Assembly (NCBI GenBank): GCA_964433545.1
Contig: CAYSRJ010000014.1
Span: 10,611 to 74,610, forward strand
From: an uncultured Spirochaetota bacterium
GTDB taxonomy: Bacteria; Spirochaetota; B62-G9; DRHN01
Direction: 5' to 3'
DNA length: 64,000 bases
Made by a program: the position numbers and the translations under genes. How positions within the stretch are numbered: position 1 is the first letter of the stretch; every line of letters begins with the position of its first letter. A model generated the notes under the pieces. It was not told where the DNA came from and did not search any database. It was given only the letters and a program-made list of their open reading frames with translations. Positions 46,430 through 56,528 of this stretch are shown piece after piece.

Positions 46430-47990
46430 GCGCCCTGGTGCCGTTTTACTATTTTTGCTGCTTTTTTTTTCCAGCACTCAGGCGGTATACCCGATTCCGA
46501 AGGAGATCGAGGAGGCGCTGAAGCTGAATCGTGTAAACCATTTTGATGAAGCGCTGCAGGTTGTCGAGAAAGCACTGGCGGAAGAAAAAATAACACCCGA
46601 CATTACTTCAGCGTATACTGTAGGTCGAATACTGTACCGCAAAGGCGAACTATACCGTAAAATTGCCGAAGTAAGTATATTGACCAGCATTGGACGCATA
46701 CGGCAGATCAAAGATGATGAAAAAAAATTACCGGACGAACTGAAATTATTTCTCGCAAAAGGATACTTTTTCAATCACCAGTATACGGATGCTGCTGAAA
46801 TTCTGAAACAGGTGGTAAACAGCTCTAAACTATCTGACGAGTTTTTGGCCCTCGCACGGGTGTACCTCGGTGCAACCTATTACCGGCTCGGTGATAAGAA
46901 AAAGGCTGAAGCGATGTGGCAGGGTATACGTGAAAAGCAGGTATACGCCTATTCCACACTCGGACTGTTATACGCGCTTCTAGGTATCAATCCATCCGGG
47001 GGAGAGCTGATGACGAGAAAGGCGATCGAGCACCTCTCCGATTTGAGAAAATCACTTTCACCGGAAATGATGAAGTCCTACAAGTATGTATTGCAGGTAT
47101 ACCATGCGTTCTCACTGCTGACGCTTGGCAGATTTCATGATGCCTATTCGGAAGTCAAAGGTGTCAGGCTCGATATGCCGGTGTACGTATACACTCCTTC
47201 TAGGGTTACATCCTCTAAAGAGGATGTATCCTCTTTAGAGAACATGCACATGAGGTTTTATGATGTCGCACTCCTGCTTTGCTACAGCAGGATTATTTTC
47301 GGCGAATCTATAAAGAATCTCGAACCGATTGTTTCAGCTTCATCCGGAGAACTTGCGAGCTTCGCCTCTTTTTACGTGGCTCAGATGTACCTGTATCTGG
47401 AGGATTATGAAACCAGCCTCAAGTTTGCATTAAAGGCCAGAAAGTTATCGGTAACAGGTTCGCTTACGATGTACAGGGCAATTGCATGCGAAAGCGTAAA
47501 CTATATGCTTGCCGGAAAACAGAAAAAGGGTAACAGGATCATTTTAAAGGAAATGGAATCAATATTCGGTAAACCCTCATTTCTTCTTGAAATGATGAAA
47601 GTTGTTATATCATCCGGCGTCACGTACAAGCAGGTGAAGGATATAATCGCTGATGTCGAATCTTATATATATGAAACAGAGTGGGAGAAAACAAGAAGAG
47701 ATTCTGCTTTGATGGGTGAGCTGTCTTTCTTTGCGGGTAACTTCCCAAAGGCTCTGTACTATCTCGAACGGGCCCGTGACAAAGGCAACAAGAACAGGAT
47801 TGAGACCAATGACCCGGGTTTCCTGCTGAAACTGTCATACGTATATTACAGCAGAGAAAGTTACCCGGAGAGTCTAGAGATTCTTTTTTCTCTCGGAAAA
47901 TATTTTTCCGGTATAAGACCTGTGCAGGATGCTATACAGACTGTTTACTCGTATAAGCAGAAAGGTACAGGTGAGATACTCATCGAGTGA
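46410..47990 (+). CDS. secreted tetratricopeptide-repeat protein
   Basis: Signal peptide and multiple TPR-like helical hairpins. Overlaps the preceding gene by 20 nt. Confidence 0.5.
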   Translation: MKNLRNKRPGAVLLFLLLFFSSTQAVYPIPKEIEEALKLNRVNHFDEALQVVEKALAEEKITPDITSAYTVGRILYRKGELYRKIAEVSILTSIGRIRQIKDDEKKLPDELKLFLAKGYFFNHQYTDAAEILKQVVNSSKLSDEFLALARVYLGATYYRLGDKKKAEAMWQGIREKQVYAYSTLGLLYALLGINPSGGELMTRKAIEHLSDLRKSLSPEMMKSYKYVLQVYHAFSLLTLGRFHDAYSEVKGVRLDMPVYVYTPSRVTSSKEDVSSLENMHMRFYDVALLLCYSRIIFGESIKNLEPIVSASSGELASFASFYVAQMYLYLEDYETSLKFALKARKLSVTGSLTMYRAIACESVNYMLAGKQKKGNRIILKEMESIFGKPSFLLEMMKVVISSGVTYKQVKDIIADVESYIYETEWEKTRRDSALMGELSFFAGNFPKALYYLERARDKGNKNRIETNDPGFLLKLSYVYYSRESYPESLEILFSLGKYFSGIRPVQDAIQTVYSYKQKGTGEILIE

Positions 47991-48090
47991 AAGTCTCGTT
48001 TCTTTTATCTGCCCGGAAAATTTGAAGTATTGTGAATTTATCGGAGTGTATTGCAAGATTCCCAATCAGGATTAAAATCGGGGATGTGAA

Positions 48091-49707
48091 ATGAAACAGT
48101 TCAAACGAACAGTATTTTTCAGTGCGGTTTTTATTCTTATAGCCCTGTGTGCTGCACCCATACTTTTTTCGCAGGAGCCGGGCGGCACCCTCGTATATGG
48201 AGAGTACGGCGCACCAACACGTCTTGTGCCGATACTTGCGAACGATTCGATATCCATCCGCCTCATAGAGCTGATCTATGGTTCTCTTGTATACTACGAC
48301 CCCGACGGAGAAATAAAGGGTGACCTTGCTAAAAGCTGGGACATTGCAAAGGATTTAAAAACCGTGACCTTTTATCTACGCGATGATGTCCGCTGGCATC
48401 CGATGCCCGGAGAATCGGATGGAGAGCTGTTTACCGCCGATGACGTTGTAAAAACATATAAAATCATGATGCACCCGAATACGATAACCTCGCTGCAATC
48501 CAGATACAATTTTATCGCTTCAGTGAAGAAGATCGATGATTATACCGTTATGTTTAAATTGAAAAAACCGGTTTTGAATGTGCTGGGCAGATTCAGCTTC
48601 AAGATTCTTCCGGCATACCTCCTGAGGGGTGTATCGTATCTGCGCGGCGATGAAGATCTCTCCATTTATAAACATCCGATCGGAACGGGCCCGTATATGT
48701 TCGTTTCTCAGAAAGGACCGTCTTCAGAGATAGTATTGAAGGCGTATGACGCGTATCATCTCGGGAGGCCCTTTATAGATACAATCATTATGCGGCCCTT
48801 TGCCGATCAGAATATTATAACTCAAACTCTCCTCTACGGCGGTATCGATATGGAGATCAGGGTTCCGCCGCGTGACATCGCCGAGATACAGGGAGACTCG
48901 CGTTTTGAGCTCAATCCCTACAGCACACTATCATTTTCCTTTTTCGGATATAATTTGAGAAATCCGGTGCTTGCGATAAAGGAGGTGCGGCAGGCGATAT
49001 CCTACGCGATCAACAGACAGGAAATGCTTGATTCATTTTTTGAAGGCAAGGGCCAGCTGATTTCCGGACCTTTCGCACCGGGAAGCTGGGCATACAACCT
49101 CGATGTCAAGCCAATCGTCTATTCTGTGGACAAGGCAAACAGTCTCCTCGACCGGGCCGGGTTTACCGAGTGGACAAAGGGTATTCGCAAGAGAGGCAGC
49201 TATGAGCTCAGATTTGAGATGGTGGTGCCCATATCGAAGGAGAACGAAACAACAAAGAGGGTCATACTCGCATTTCAGAATTACCTGCAGAAGGTCGGCA
49301 TACAGGTAGATATTAAATGGCTTGAATGGAAGGCGTGGACAGAGGCCGTGTTCATAGACCATAAGTTTGATATAATTTATGCAGACTGGATTTTCGATGA
49401 TTCATTTGATATTTCCTCTCTGTTTCACTCACGGGAAATCGGGATTGGGAAAAACAACTTTGGGGCCTATAGAAATCCCGAGGTTGATGCCCTGCTGGAT
49501 GAAGCGAATACAACCCTTGATATGGAGAAAAAAAGAACCATATACAGGCAGCTCCACGCTATCCTTGCAGAGGATGTACCGTATACCTACCTGTGGACCC
49601 TTACAAATTATGCAGCCTATAACAGGAAGGTGAGACGGGTGGAGATTCATCCAACCCGTTTCTTTACCTACGTGAGGGAATGGTATATCCAGAGAGGGGG
49701 AGGATGA
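48091..49707 (+). CDS. ABC transporter substrate-binding protein, family 5 (peptide/nickel, DppA/OppA-like)
   Basis: Signal peptide. SBP_bac_5 signature region (LVYYDPDGEIKGDLAKSWDI...). Confidence 0.8.
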   Translation: MKQFKRTVFFSAVFILIALCAAPILFSQEPGGTLVYGEYGAPTRLVPILANDSISIRLIELIYGSLVYYDPDGEIKGDLAKSWDIAKDLKTVTFYLRDDVRWHPMPGESDGELFTADDVVKTYKIMMHPNTITSLQSRYNFIASVKKIDDYTVMFKLKKPVLNVLGRFSFKILPAYLLRGVSYLRGDEDLSIYKHPIGTGPYMFVSQKGPSSEIVLKAYDAYHLGRPFIDTIIMRPFADQNIITQTLLYGGIDMEIRVPPRDIAEIQGDSRFELNPYSTLSFSFFGYNLRNPVLAIKEVRQAISYAINRQEMLDSFFEGKGQLISGPFAPGSWAYNLDVKPIVYSVDKANSLLDRAGFTEWTKGIRKRGSYELRFEMVVPISKENETTKRVILAFQNYLQKVGIQVDIKWLEWKAWTEAVFIDHKFDIIYADWIFDDSFDISSLFHSREIGIGKNNFGAYRNPEVDALLDEANTTLDMEKKRTIYRQLHAILAEDVPYTYLWTLTNYAAYNRKVRRVEIHPTRFFTYVREWYIQRGGG

Positions 49708-50579
49708 CACGTTTTCTGAAGCTTATCGTGAAAGAAGTCGTCTATACATTCCTCCTTGTCATTGGCGTGAGTTTTCTTCTCTTTTTACTTTTTAACATGA
49801 TGCCTGGGGAATTCCTGGGAAAAGGGGAAGGGGTTCGTTCCTTCATGCTTCTCCTTAAAAGGTTATTCACTCTCCATTTCGGTGTTTCGATTGTTTCAGG
49901 AATCGATATCAACAGTATTATCTTCCCCGCATTTAAAAATACGCTTATTCTTACTGTTGGTGCCCTGTTTATTTCTCTCCTGTTCGCAGTTCCTATTGGT
50001 ATCTTTTCCGCATTCAGAGGATTTAAAACATACTCCTGGCCACTCTCAATGCTTTCGTATATCGTATCCTCGATCCCTGTTTTTTATTTCGGCTACCTTG
50101 TGCTTTATCTGGTATCAAGATACACGGGATACCTGCCTATCTACTACGTGCAGGCCAGTGGAACAGGCAGTAGAGTTCTGGCATATTTGCTTCCGATTCT
50201 TGTTCTCGGCCTGGGTAACAATTCCATCTGTGAAATTGTTCGTTTGATTACTATTGAACTGGATAGGGTAATCGGCACCGACTACGTCGCCGCTTCCAGG
50301 GCGCGGGGGGAGTCGATTCTTGCAAGCGCGGCAGGCGAGGGTATTCTTATACCGCTGGTATCAATTGTATTTTCGAAGGTGCCGTTTATAATAGGCGGGG
50401 CTGTAATTGTTGAACAGGTTTTCAACTGGCCCGGCATGGGAAGGCTGGCCTTTCAATCGACACTCGACAGGGATATGCCTGTTCTTATCGTTATTGCATT
50501 TCTTTCAGTCCTGATGGTGCGGGTGGGGATGATTGCACGAAATATACTACTCTTTCACCTGAATCCGAGAGAGGCATAA
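49704..50579 (+). CDS. peptide ABC transporter permease (DppB/OppB-like)
   Basis: ATGA overlap with the SBP stop. RBS GAGAGGGGGAGG. BPD_transp_1 fold. Confidence 0.8.
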   Translation: MTRFLKLIVKEVVYTFLLVIGVSFLLFLLFNMMPGEFLGKGEGVRSFMLLLKRLFTLHFGVSIVSGIDINSIIFPAFKNTLILTVGALFISLLFAVPIGIFSAFRGFKTYSWPLSMLSYIVSSIPVFYFGYLVLYLVSRYTGYLPIYYVQASGTGSRVLAYLLPILVLGLGNNSICEIVRLITIELDRVIGTDYVAASRARGESILASAAGEGILIPLVSIVFSKVPFIIGGAVIVEQVFNWPGMGRLAFQSTLDRDMPVLIVIAFLSVLMVRVGMIARNILLFHLNPREA

Positions 50580-50582
50580 TAT

Positions 50583-51476
50583 ATGAAGCGATTTTACTAC
50601 GAAGAGGAACCGGTCGATATCGAAGAGTTTTATGTTCCGATATACAGAAGGGCAAGTGTTCGTGATGTTGTCTCCATAGGATTCGGTCTTTTTGTTGTTG
50701 CGTATCTCTTTATTTTTTATTTCATATCGATAACCAATACCTTCATTCAGAATCCGATGGACGTGCATGTTGATCAGATGTTTCAGCGGCCGTCGTTTGA
50801 GCACCTGTTTGGAACAGATTTTCTCGGACGCGATATATTTTCAAGAATTGTCAAGGGCACAGAAGCATTTTTTGTTCCCGGGCTGCTATCAATAGTCATC
50901 TCGACCTCTTTCGGTCTCCTCTTCGGAGTTGTCACCGGTTTTTACCCAAAAATCTTGTCGAGTATAATCTTCTATTTTCTCAATATCATAGATTCAATAC
51001 CGCGCCTGATTCTAATCCTCATTATCATTGTGCTGTTCAGGCCGTCAATATACCTTGTCATGGTTTTTGTCGGTATAACGAGCATTCCGAAAATGACCGC
51101 CTATATACGATCGAAAGTAGAGATATTGAAAAACCAGCGTTTCATTGAAGCGGGGAAAGCTCTCGGCCTTTCACCGGGAAGCATTGTTTTCAAACATATT
51201 GTATGGCTTTCAGCGAAGTCTGTATTAATAATCCATGCAACACTGGGGATGGGAGAAGCTGTGCTGATCGAGACGTCACTCTCATATCTGGGTTTTGGTG
51301 TTCAGGAACCCGACCCAAGCTGGGGGAATATGGTTGCTATGGGTATCGATTTCTTTTTTCAGGGCAGGCTGTGGTTGTCGACAATCCCCGCTGTTGTCAT
51401 CCTTACAACCATAATGGGCCTCTATTTACTCGGTGACGGACTGAACTCCATTTATAATGAAAAGGTTTCTCGATAA
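50583..51476 (+). CDS. peptide ABC transporter permease (DppC/OppC-like)
   Basis: N-terminal OppC_N-like segment and permease core. Confidence 0.8.
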   Translation: MKRFYYEEEPVDIEEFYVPIYRRASVRDVVSIGFGLFVVAYLFIFYFISITNTFIQNPMDVHVDQMFQRPSFEHLFGTDFLGRDIFSRIVKGTEAFFVPGLLSIVISTSFGLLFGVVTGFYPKILSSIIFYFLNIIDSIPRLILILIIIVLFRPSIYLVMVFVGITSIPKMTAYIRSKVEILKNQRFIEAGKALGLSPGSIVFKHIVWLSAKSVLIIHATLGMGEAVLIETSLSYLGFGVQEPDPSWGNMVAMGIDFFFQGRLWLSTIPAVVILTTIMGLYLLGDGLNSIYNEKVSR

Positions 51477-52627
51477 TGCCGTTAATTGCATCGTTGGGCG
51501 GATTGAAGGTCTATTTTTACGACCAGAAGGACAAGCGGTTCATTCGCGCAGTGGAGGATGCTTCGCTGAGTATCGATGAAGGCTCTGTACTGGGACTGGT
51601 GGGTGAATCTGGGTGCGGCAAGACCGTCACCGCGCTTTCCTTGATGGGACTCGTTGATTCCGAACCAGGTATCGTGGGAGGCGAGTTTTACTTTCGGCCG
51701 AAAAGGGATGACAGGAGGGCGGTTATACATGCGATTCTACGCGGCTTCGGGAAATCGAGGAACTACAGACGGGGGGAGCTCGTTAATCTCTTCTACGGAC
51801 TCGAAAGCTTCATCGAGTTTCGGTATAACCCCTTTACAATGATCAAGGATAACGAAAAATGGCTCCGCAGGCATAACAGAATCATGGAGCACATACGGGG
51901 AAGAAATATTTCAATGATTTTTCAGAATCCGCTTCGAAGCCTCAATCCTTTTACACCGGTCGGAGCGCAGCTCATGAAAACCATCGAACGATTCAATCAG
52001 GAGAAGAATGAGAATGAGATTTATGAGATGGCTGTGGGTCTTCTGCGGTCTACACTGCTGTACAATCCGGAGAGTATTATGAAGATGTACCCCGGCTCAC
52101 TCTCTCTGGGTATGGCGCAGAGAGTCATTATTGCGATTGCCCTTGCATCAAATCCGACACTCCTTATTGCCGATGAGCCGACTTCCGGACTTGATACGAC
52201 GAACAGGTACAGGATCATCGATCTTCTTGAAACAATCATTGAAAAAATGAATCTGACACTTATGCTCATATCGCACAATATACACATTGTCGGGCTTATT
52301 GCAACCAATGTAGCCGTCATGTATGCGGGTATAATTGTGGAGAGCGGGAGCAAGCGGGATGTAATAGGCAAGAAGCACGGACCGAAGCATCCTTATACAC
52401 GGGCTCTTGTTTCCTCAATGCCGACAGATTCGGATATCAAGAGGGGGAAGAGACTGCGGGTGATTCAGGGTACTGTACCGGATAATAAAATAGCGATACG
52501 CGGCTGCCCCTTCATAGACAGGTGTCAATATGCAAAGGGAAAAATCAGGAGGAGGTGCAGGGAGAAGTGCCCTGATCTTGTCGAGGTTGGGAAGAATCAT
52601 TTTATACGCTGTTATCTTTATTATTGA
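51476..52627 (+). CDS. peptide ABC transporter ATP-binding protein (DppD/OppD-like) with about 55-aa insertion after Walker A
   Basis: GESGCGKTVTA, then an unusual insert before MIFQNPLRSLNP. C-terminal oligopeptide-ABC Cys-rich tail. Confidence 0.8.
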   Translation: MPLIASLGGLKVYFYDQKDKRFIRAVEDASLSIDEGSVLGLVGESGCGKTVTALSLMGLVDSEPGIVGGEFYFRPKRDDRRAVIHAILRGFGKSRNYRRGELVNLFYGLESFIEFRYNPFTMIKDNEKWLRRHNRIMEHIRGRNISMIFQNPLRSLNPFTPVGAQLMKTIERFNQEKNENEIYEMAVGLLRSTLLYNPESIMKMYPGSLSLGMAQRVIIAIALASNPTLLIADEPTSGLDTTNRYRIIDLLETIIEKMNLTLMLISHNIHIVGLIATNVAVMYAGIIVESGSKRDVIGKKHGPKHPYTRALVSSMPTDSDIKRGKRLRVIQGTVPDNKIAIRGCPFIDRCQYAKGKIRRRCREKCPDLVEVGKNHFIRCYLYY

Positions 52628-52639
52628 TGCGAGGAGGGC

Positions 52640-53578
52640 ATGAAGGAAACCGAAGGGTTATGCGCGGATTGCCTGCAGGGCCGGCATCTGACCAAATACT
52701 ACTATGGGAAGAGCAGAAGGATTACAGCCTGTAGTGATGTGTCAATATCGATTTTTCGTGAAAAAACGGTGGGTCTCGTCGGTGAATCGGGTTGCGGCAA
52801 GACGACAGCGGGGCGTCTCCTCCTACGGCTCATTGATGCTGATTGGGGAGAGGTGTTTTACAAAGACAACAATCTCTCCATCATCTCAGAGAAAGATATC
52901 CGGCCCTTGAGAAAAAATTTTCAGATGATGTTTCAGGATTCTAAATCGGCTTTCAATCCCCGCATGAGAGTATTCGATGCTCTTCGTGAATCCATAAAGC
53001 TGTACGAAGAGATGAAAGCCAGGGAGCTCCGTTATAGAGTAACGGAGATCATTTCCAGGGTCAATTTGAGCAGAGGCATACTCCAAAACTTTATTGGGAA
53101 CCTCTCCGGTGGTGAGCTTAAACGCCTCGACATTGCCCGTGCCCTTACCATTCATCCCGAATACCTCATTGCGGATGAACCGCTCACTCTGCTCGATATA
53201 TCGATTCAGGGGCAGATCGCCCAGTTGCTTATGGAAGTACAGGAAACGGAACACACCGGAATTCTTTTTATTTCGCATGATCTCCGGATGGTTGAGATGC
53301 TCAGCGATACGGTAGCGGTTATGTACAGGGGCAAAATCATAGAGCGTGCATCCAAGAAAGATATAACAGGAAGGCCGCTCCATCCATACACCCGGCATCT
53401 CTGGAATCCTATGAGTTCACTCTTTTTCATAGGTTTCCGCGAAGGTGGTTGTGTGTACAAAAACAGGTGTTTTCTCTTTCAGAAGAAGGAGTTTCCGCCC
53501 ATTTGTTCCGAAATACAGCCTGACCTGCTCGAGTACAGAAAAGGGCATTACGCGGCATGCCATTTTGCCGGTGAATAA
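52640..53578 (+). CDS. peptide ABC transporter ATP-binding protein (DppF/OppF-like)
   Basis: GESGCGKTT, LSGGELKRLDIARAL, C-terminal oligopeptide-ABC domain. Confidence 0.8.
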   Translation: MKETEGLCADCLQGRHLTKYYYGKSRRITACSDVSISIFREKTVGLVGESGCGKTTAGRLLLRLIDADWGEVFYKDNNLSIISEKDIRPLRKNFQMMFQDSKSAFNPRMRVFDALRESIKLYEEMKARELRYRVTEIISRVNLSRGILQNFIGNLSGGELKRLDIARALTIHPEYLIADEPLTLLDISIQGQIAQLLMEVQETEHTGILFISHDLRMVEMLSDTVAVMYRGKIIERASKKDITGRPLHPYTRHLWNPMSSLFFIGFREGGCVYKNRCFLFQKKEFPPICSEIQPDLLEYRKGHYAACHFAGE

Positions 53579-53622
53579 GCGCACCGGTGTAGAAATTCTG
53601 TATTTTGCCGATATAAAAGCGG

Positions 53623-53735
53623 CGGCTTCGCGGCTGAGTATCAAACAGTAACTTGTTCGAAGTTACTTAGAAGCGGCATACGTCCCCGGGGACCGAATAT
53701 CATAAAGTAACTTCGTGAGAAGTTACTTAGAAGAA
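53623..53735. repeat. full-length composite REP/MITE-like element with two hairpins and a central GTCCCCGGGGAC box
   Basis: GGCTTCGCGGCTGAGTATCAAAC. AGTAACTT-gttcg-AAGTTACT-TAGAAG. GTCCCCGGGGAC (53682-53693). AGTAACTTC-gtga-GAAGTTACT-TAGAAG. Confidence 0.65.
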
Positions 53736-53762
53736 TCGTGTATACAATAATAGAAGGGTATC

Positions 53763-55307
53763 ATGGAAAACAGACGCATAGCGCGCTCGGCCTTCAGTAT
53801 CAGTTCGGTTACCTTTGTTTCGCGCGTATTCGGCCTCGTGCGTGAATGGCTGAGGGGCTATCTTCTCGGCACCTCCGGAAGTTCGGATGCATTTACGCTC
53901 GCCTTTATGTTTCCGAATCTGATGCGGCGTCTGGTCGGTGAGGGAGCGCTGATGGCCGCCTTCATACCTGTTATTTCCGAGTACATTGAAAACCGGGATA
54001 AGCGGGAACTGGAGGACTTTTTATACAGTTTTTTCTCGATTTTGCTCGTTATTTTGCTTGTTATTACAGCAGCAGTTGTACTTGCCGCGCCGCTTCTTCG
54101 GTTCTTTCTTCCCCAGTTTACGAAGGTTGAGGGCAAGATAGAGCTTACCGTTCTTCTCACCCGGATCATGTTTCCCTACTTGCTCTTCATCAGTCTGGCC
54201 GCGCTGTCACAGGGAATACTCAACGCGCACAAAATATTTATCCCGTCTGCGGTTACACCGATTTTACTGAATATTTCGATTATCTTCTTTGGACTGCTTG
54301 CAGGTAATAGGTTTTTCGATCCGGCTATTGCCCTTGGGGTGGGTGTAATTACCGGCGGAGTGATCCAGTTCTTTTTTCAGTGGCCTTTTTTAGCAAAGAG
54401 GGGATTCAGCTACAGGCTTCATTTTAATTTTCACAGCCAGGGGGTGAAGAGGGTGTTTATGCTTATGGTACCCGGTGCCATCGGTGCCGGCGTATACCAG
54501 ATCAATGCACTCGTTTCCCAGTTTATTGCGGCTTTTTTAGAGGAGGGCACGGTCGCCGCCCTGAGGTTTTCGCTGACCCTTATAGAACTTGTGCTCGGTA
54601 TATTTGTCATTTCTCTTACAACGGTGATACTCCCGGTTCTCTCGGAAAAATCGGCACACGATGACAGGGAGGGGATGAAGGATACGCTTCGGTATGCACT
54701 GCGCTTGATGTTCGTTATCACCATGCCTGCAATGGCCGGGCTTATACTGCTACGGTATCCCATTGTGACAATGTTGTTCAGATACGGGAGATTTACCGCT
54801 GATTCCGCATCGCTCGTTTCATACGCACTTCTGTTTCATGCGGCCGGCCTGCCGGGTATCGGGGGAAACCGGGTTCTCGTGCAGATGTTCTATTCCATGA
54901 AGGATACGAAAACTCCCGTCTATGTGGCGGGAGCCTCCATGATAATAAATCTTATGCTCTGCTACTATCTGCGGTATCCGCTGCGGATAGGTGGTATAGC
55001 TCTTGCGGGAACAGTATCTTCCTACTGCAATCTATTTCTCCTTGTCTTCCTATTGCGGAGGAGAGTCGGGGTCATCATGGACAGGACCGTTTATATTTCA
55101 CTTGTAAAATCCAGCACAGCAGCAGCCGGTATGGGTGCTGCAATACTGATGCTGTACATGCGGTTGAAGAGCATTATGCAGATGGGCAGGTCCTACAATG
55201 CGGGTACCACACTCGGTCTGATAGTTGTTGGCCTCTTTGTGTATATTGCGATAAGTATTTTGATGAAAAACAGGGACATCACCGAACTGAAGAAGATATT
55301 CAGGTAA
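53763..55307 (+). CDS. murJ: lipid II flippase MurJ
   Basis: 514 aa, 14-TM MOP-superfamily protein. N-terminus SVTFVSRVFGLVRE...AFTLAFMFPNLMRRL is typical of MurJ/MviN. Confidence 0.85.
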   Translation: MENRRIARSAFSISSVTFVSRVFGLVREWLRGYLLGTSGSSDAFTLAFMFPNLMRRLVGEGALMAAFIPVISEYIENRDKRELEDFLYSFFSILLVILLVITAAVVLAAPLLRFFLPQFTKVEGKIELTVLLTRIMFPYLLFISLAALSQGILNAHKIFIPSAVTPILLNISIIFFGLLAGNRFFDPAIALGVGVITGGVIQFFFQWPFLAKRGFSYRLHFNFHSQGVKRVFMLMVPGAIGAGVYQINALVSQFIAAFLEEGTVAALRFSLTLIELVLGIFVISLTTVILPVLSEKSAHDDREGMKDTLRYALRLMFVITMPAMAGLILLRYPIVTMLFRYGRFTADSASLVSYALLFHAAGLPGIGGNRVLVQMFYSMKDTKTPVYVAGASMIINLMLCYYLRYPLRIGGIALAGTVSSYCNLFLLVFLLRRRVGVIMDRTVYISLVKSSTAAAGMGAAILMLYMRLKSIMQMGRSYNAGTTLGLIVVGLFVYIAISILMKNRDITELKKIFR

Positions 55308-56324
55308 TCACAAAGGCTTGAACCTTTCGCATGATTCTCTTACCACCAGTATCGGTTCGAGTAATATTTTTTGACCCTTTTCTTTGACCTGTTTAATGCC
55401 TTTAAGAAGCATGTTAACTGCAATTCTTCCTAGTTCTTCGAGGGGTGTTGCAATTGTCGAGATTCGAGGTGTTATTAGATCATCAATAAAAATGTTATCG
55501 TAACCCAATACTGAGATGTCCCGGGGTACTCTCAGATTGAGTTTATTAAATGCTTTTATTGAACCGATTGCCATCATATCATTGAATGTAAATACTGCAG
55601 AAAAACTCAGCCCCTTTTCTATTGCATTAATGACAATATTATATGCGGATTCAATGTCATATTGGCCTTCAATGATGAGGTCCTGTTTTATTTCAATGTT
55701 ATTGTCTTCCAAGAAATCCATGAATCCTTTTAATCTGTTCTGTGAGGATCCACGCGACAAAGGTCCTGTAATAACGAGAATTTCTCTATGTCCTAAGTTG
55801 AATAAATAACGGGCCCCCTCGTACCCACCTTTGTAATCATCCCCTATTATTATATCGCTTTCAAAATTTGATATTTCCTCATCCAATAAGATCACTCTTA
55901 TTTGCGGCGGTACAATTGATTTGATTTTATCTCCCATGAGACCAGTACTGCACAACAGAATGCCCGTTACTCTCTGTCCAATTAAATGCCGTAAATAATC
56001 AATTTCTCTCCTTTTATCAGAATTGGTGTTGCAGATGAGTGTCATGTACTCATTATTGAAACATTCATTTTCAATGGCTTTTCCTAATTGGGCGTAATAT
56101 GGATTTACATTATCCGGAAGTATTACACCGATGACATTCGATAATCCGCGACGCAGACCAGACGCAAGGGCATGGGGTGTATAGCCGGTTTCATCGATAA
56201 TTTTCTTGATACGTTCGTATGTCTCGGTACTCATATTACCTTCTGTATTGTCGTTGAGGACTCTTGAGACAGTTGCAGTAGATACCTTCGCCAGTTTAGC
56301 AATATCTTTGAGTGTTATTGACAT
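55308..56324 (-). CDS. LacI family transcriptional regulator
   Basis: HTH ITLKDIAKLAKVSTATVSRVLN plus a sugar-binding domain. Confidence 0.8.
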   Translation of the reverse strand: MSITLKDIAKLAKVSTATVSRVLNDNTEGNMSTETYERIKKIIDETGYTPHALASGLRRGLSNVIGVILPDNVNPYYAQLGKAIENECFNNEYMTLICNTNSDKRREIDYLRHLIGQRVTGILLCSTGLMGDKIKSIVPPQIRVILLDEEISNFESDIIIGDDYKGGYEGARYLFNLGHREILVITGPLSRGSSQNRLKGFMDFLEDNNIEIKQDLIIEGQYDIESAYNIVINAIEKGLSFSAVFTFNDMMAIGSIKAFNKLNLRVPRDISVLGYDNIFIDDLITPRISTIATPLEELGRIAVNMLLKGIKQVKEKGQKILLEPILVVRESCERFKPL

Positions 56325-56528
56325 TTTTGCGCAAAACCCTTAAACGTTTTCCTAAAACGTTTACTAGACTATCTCAGATATTAAATATAGTCAATATTTT
56401 TAAAGAAATAGTAGAGATATTACGAAATTTTTTTAAAGATTACTACGGTATTATGTAGCTGAAAATCTGTTTATTTAAAAATCGAGTGGAATTTAGGAAA
56501 TATAAGTTTATAAATTTCTCAAAAATGC

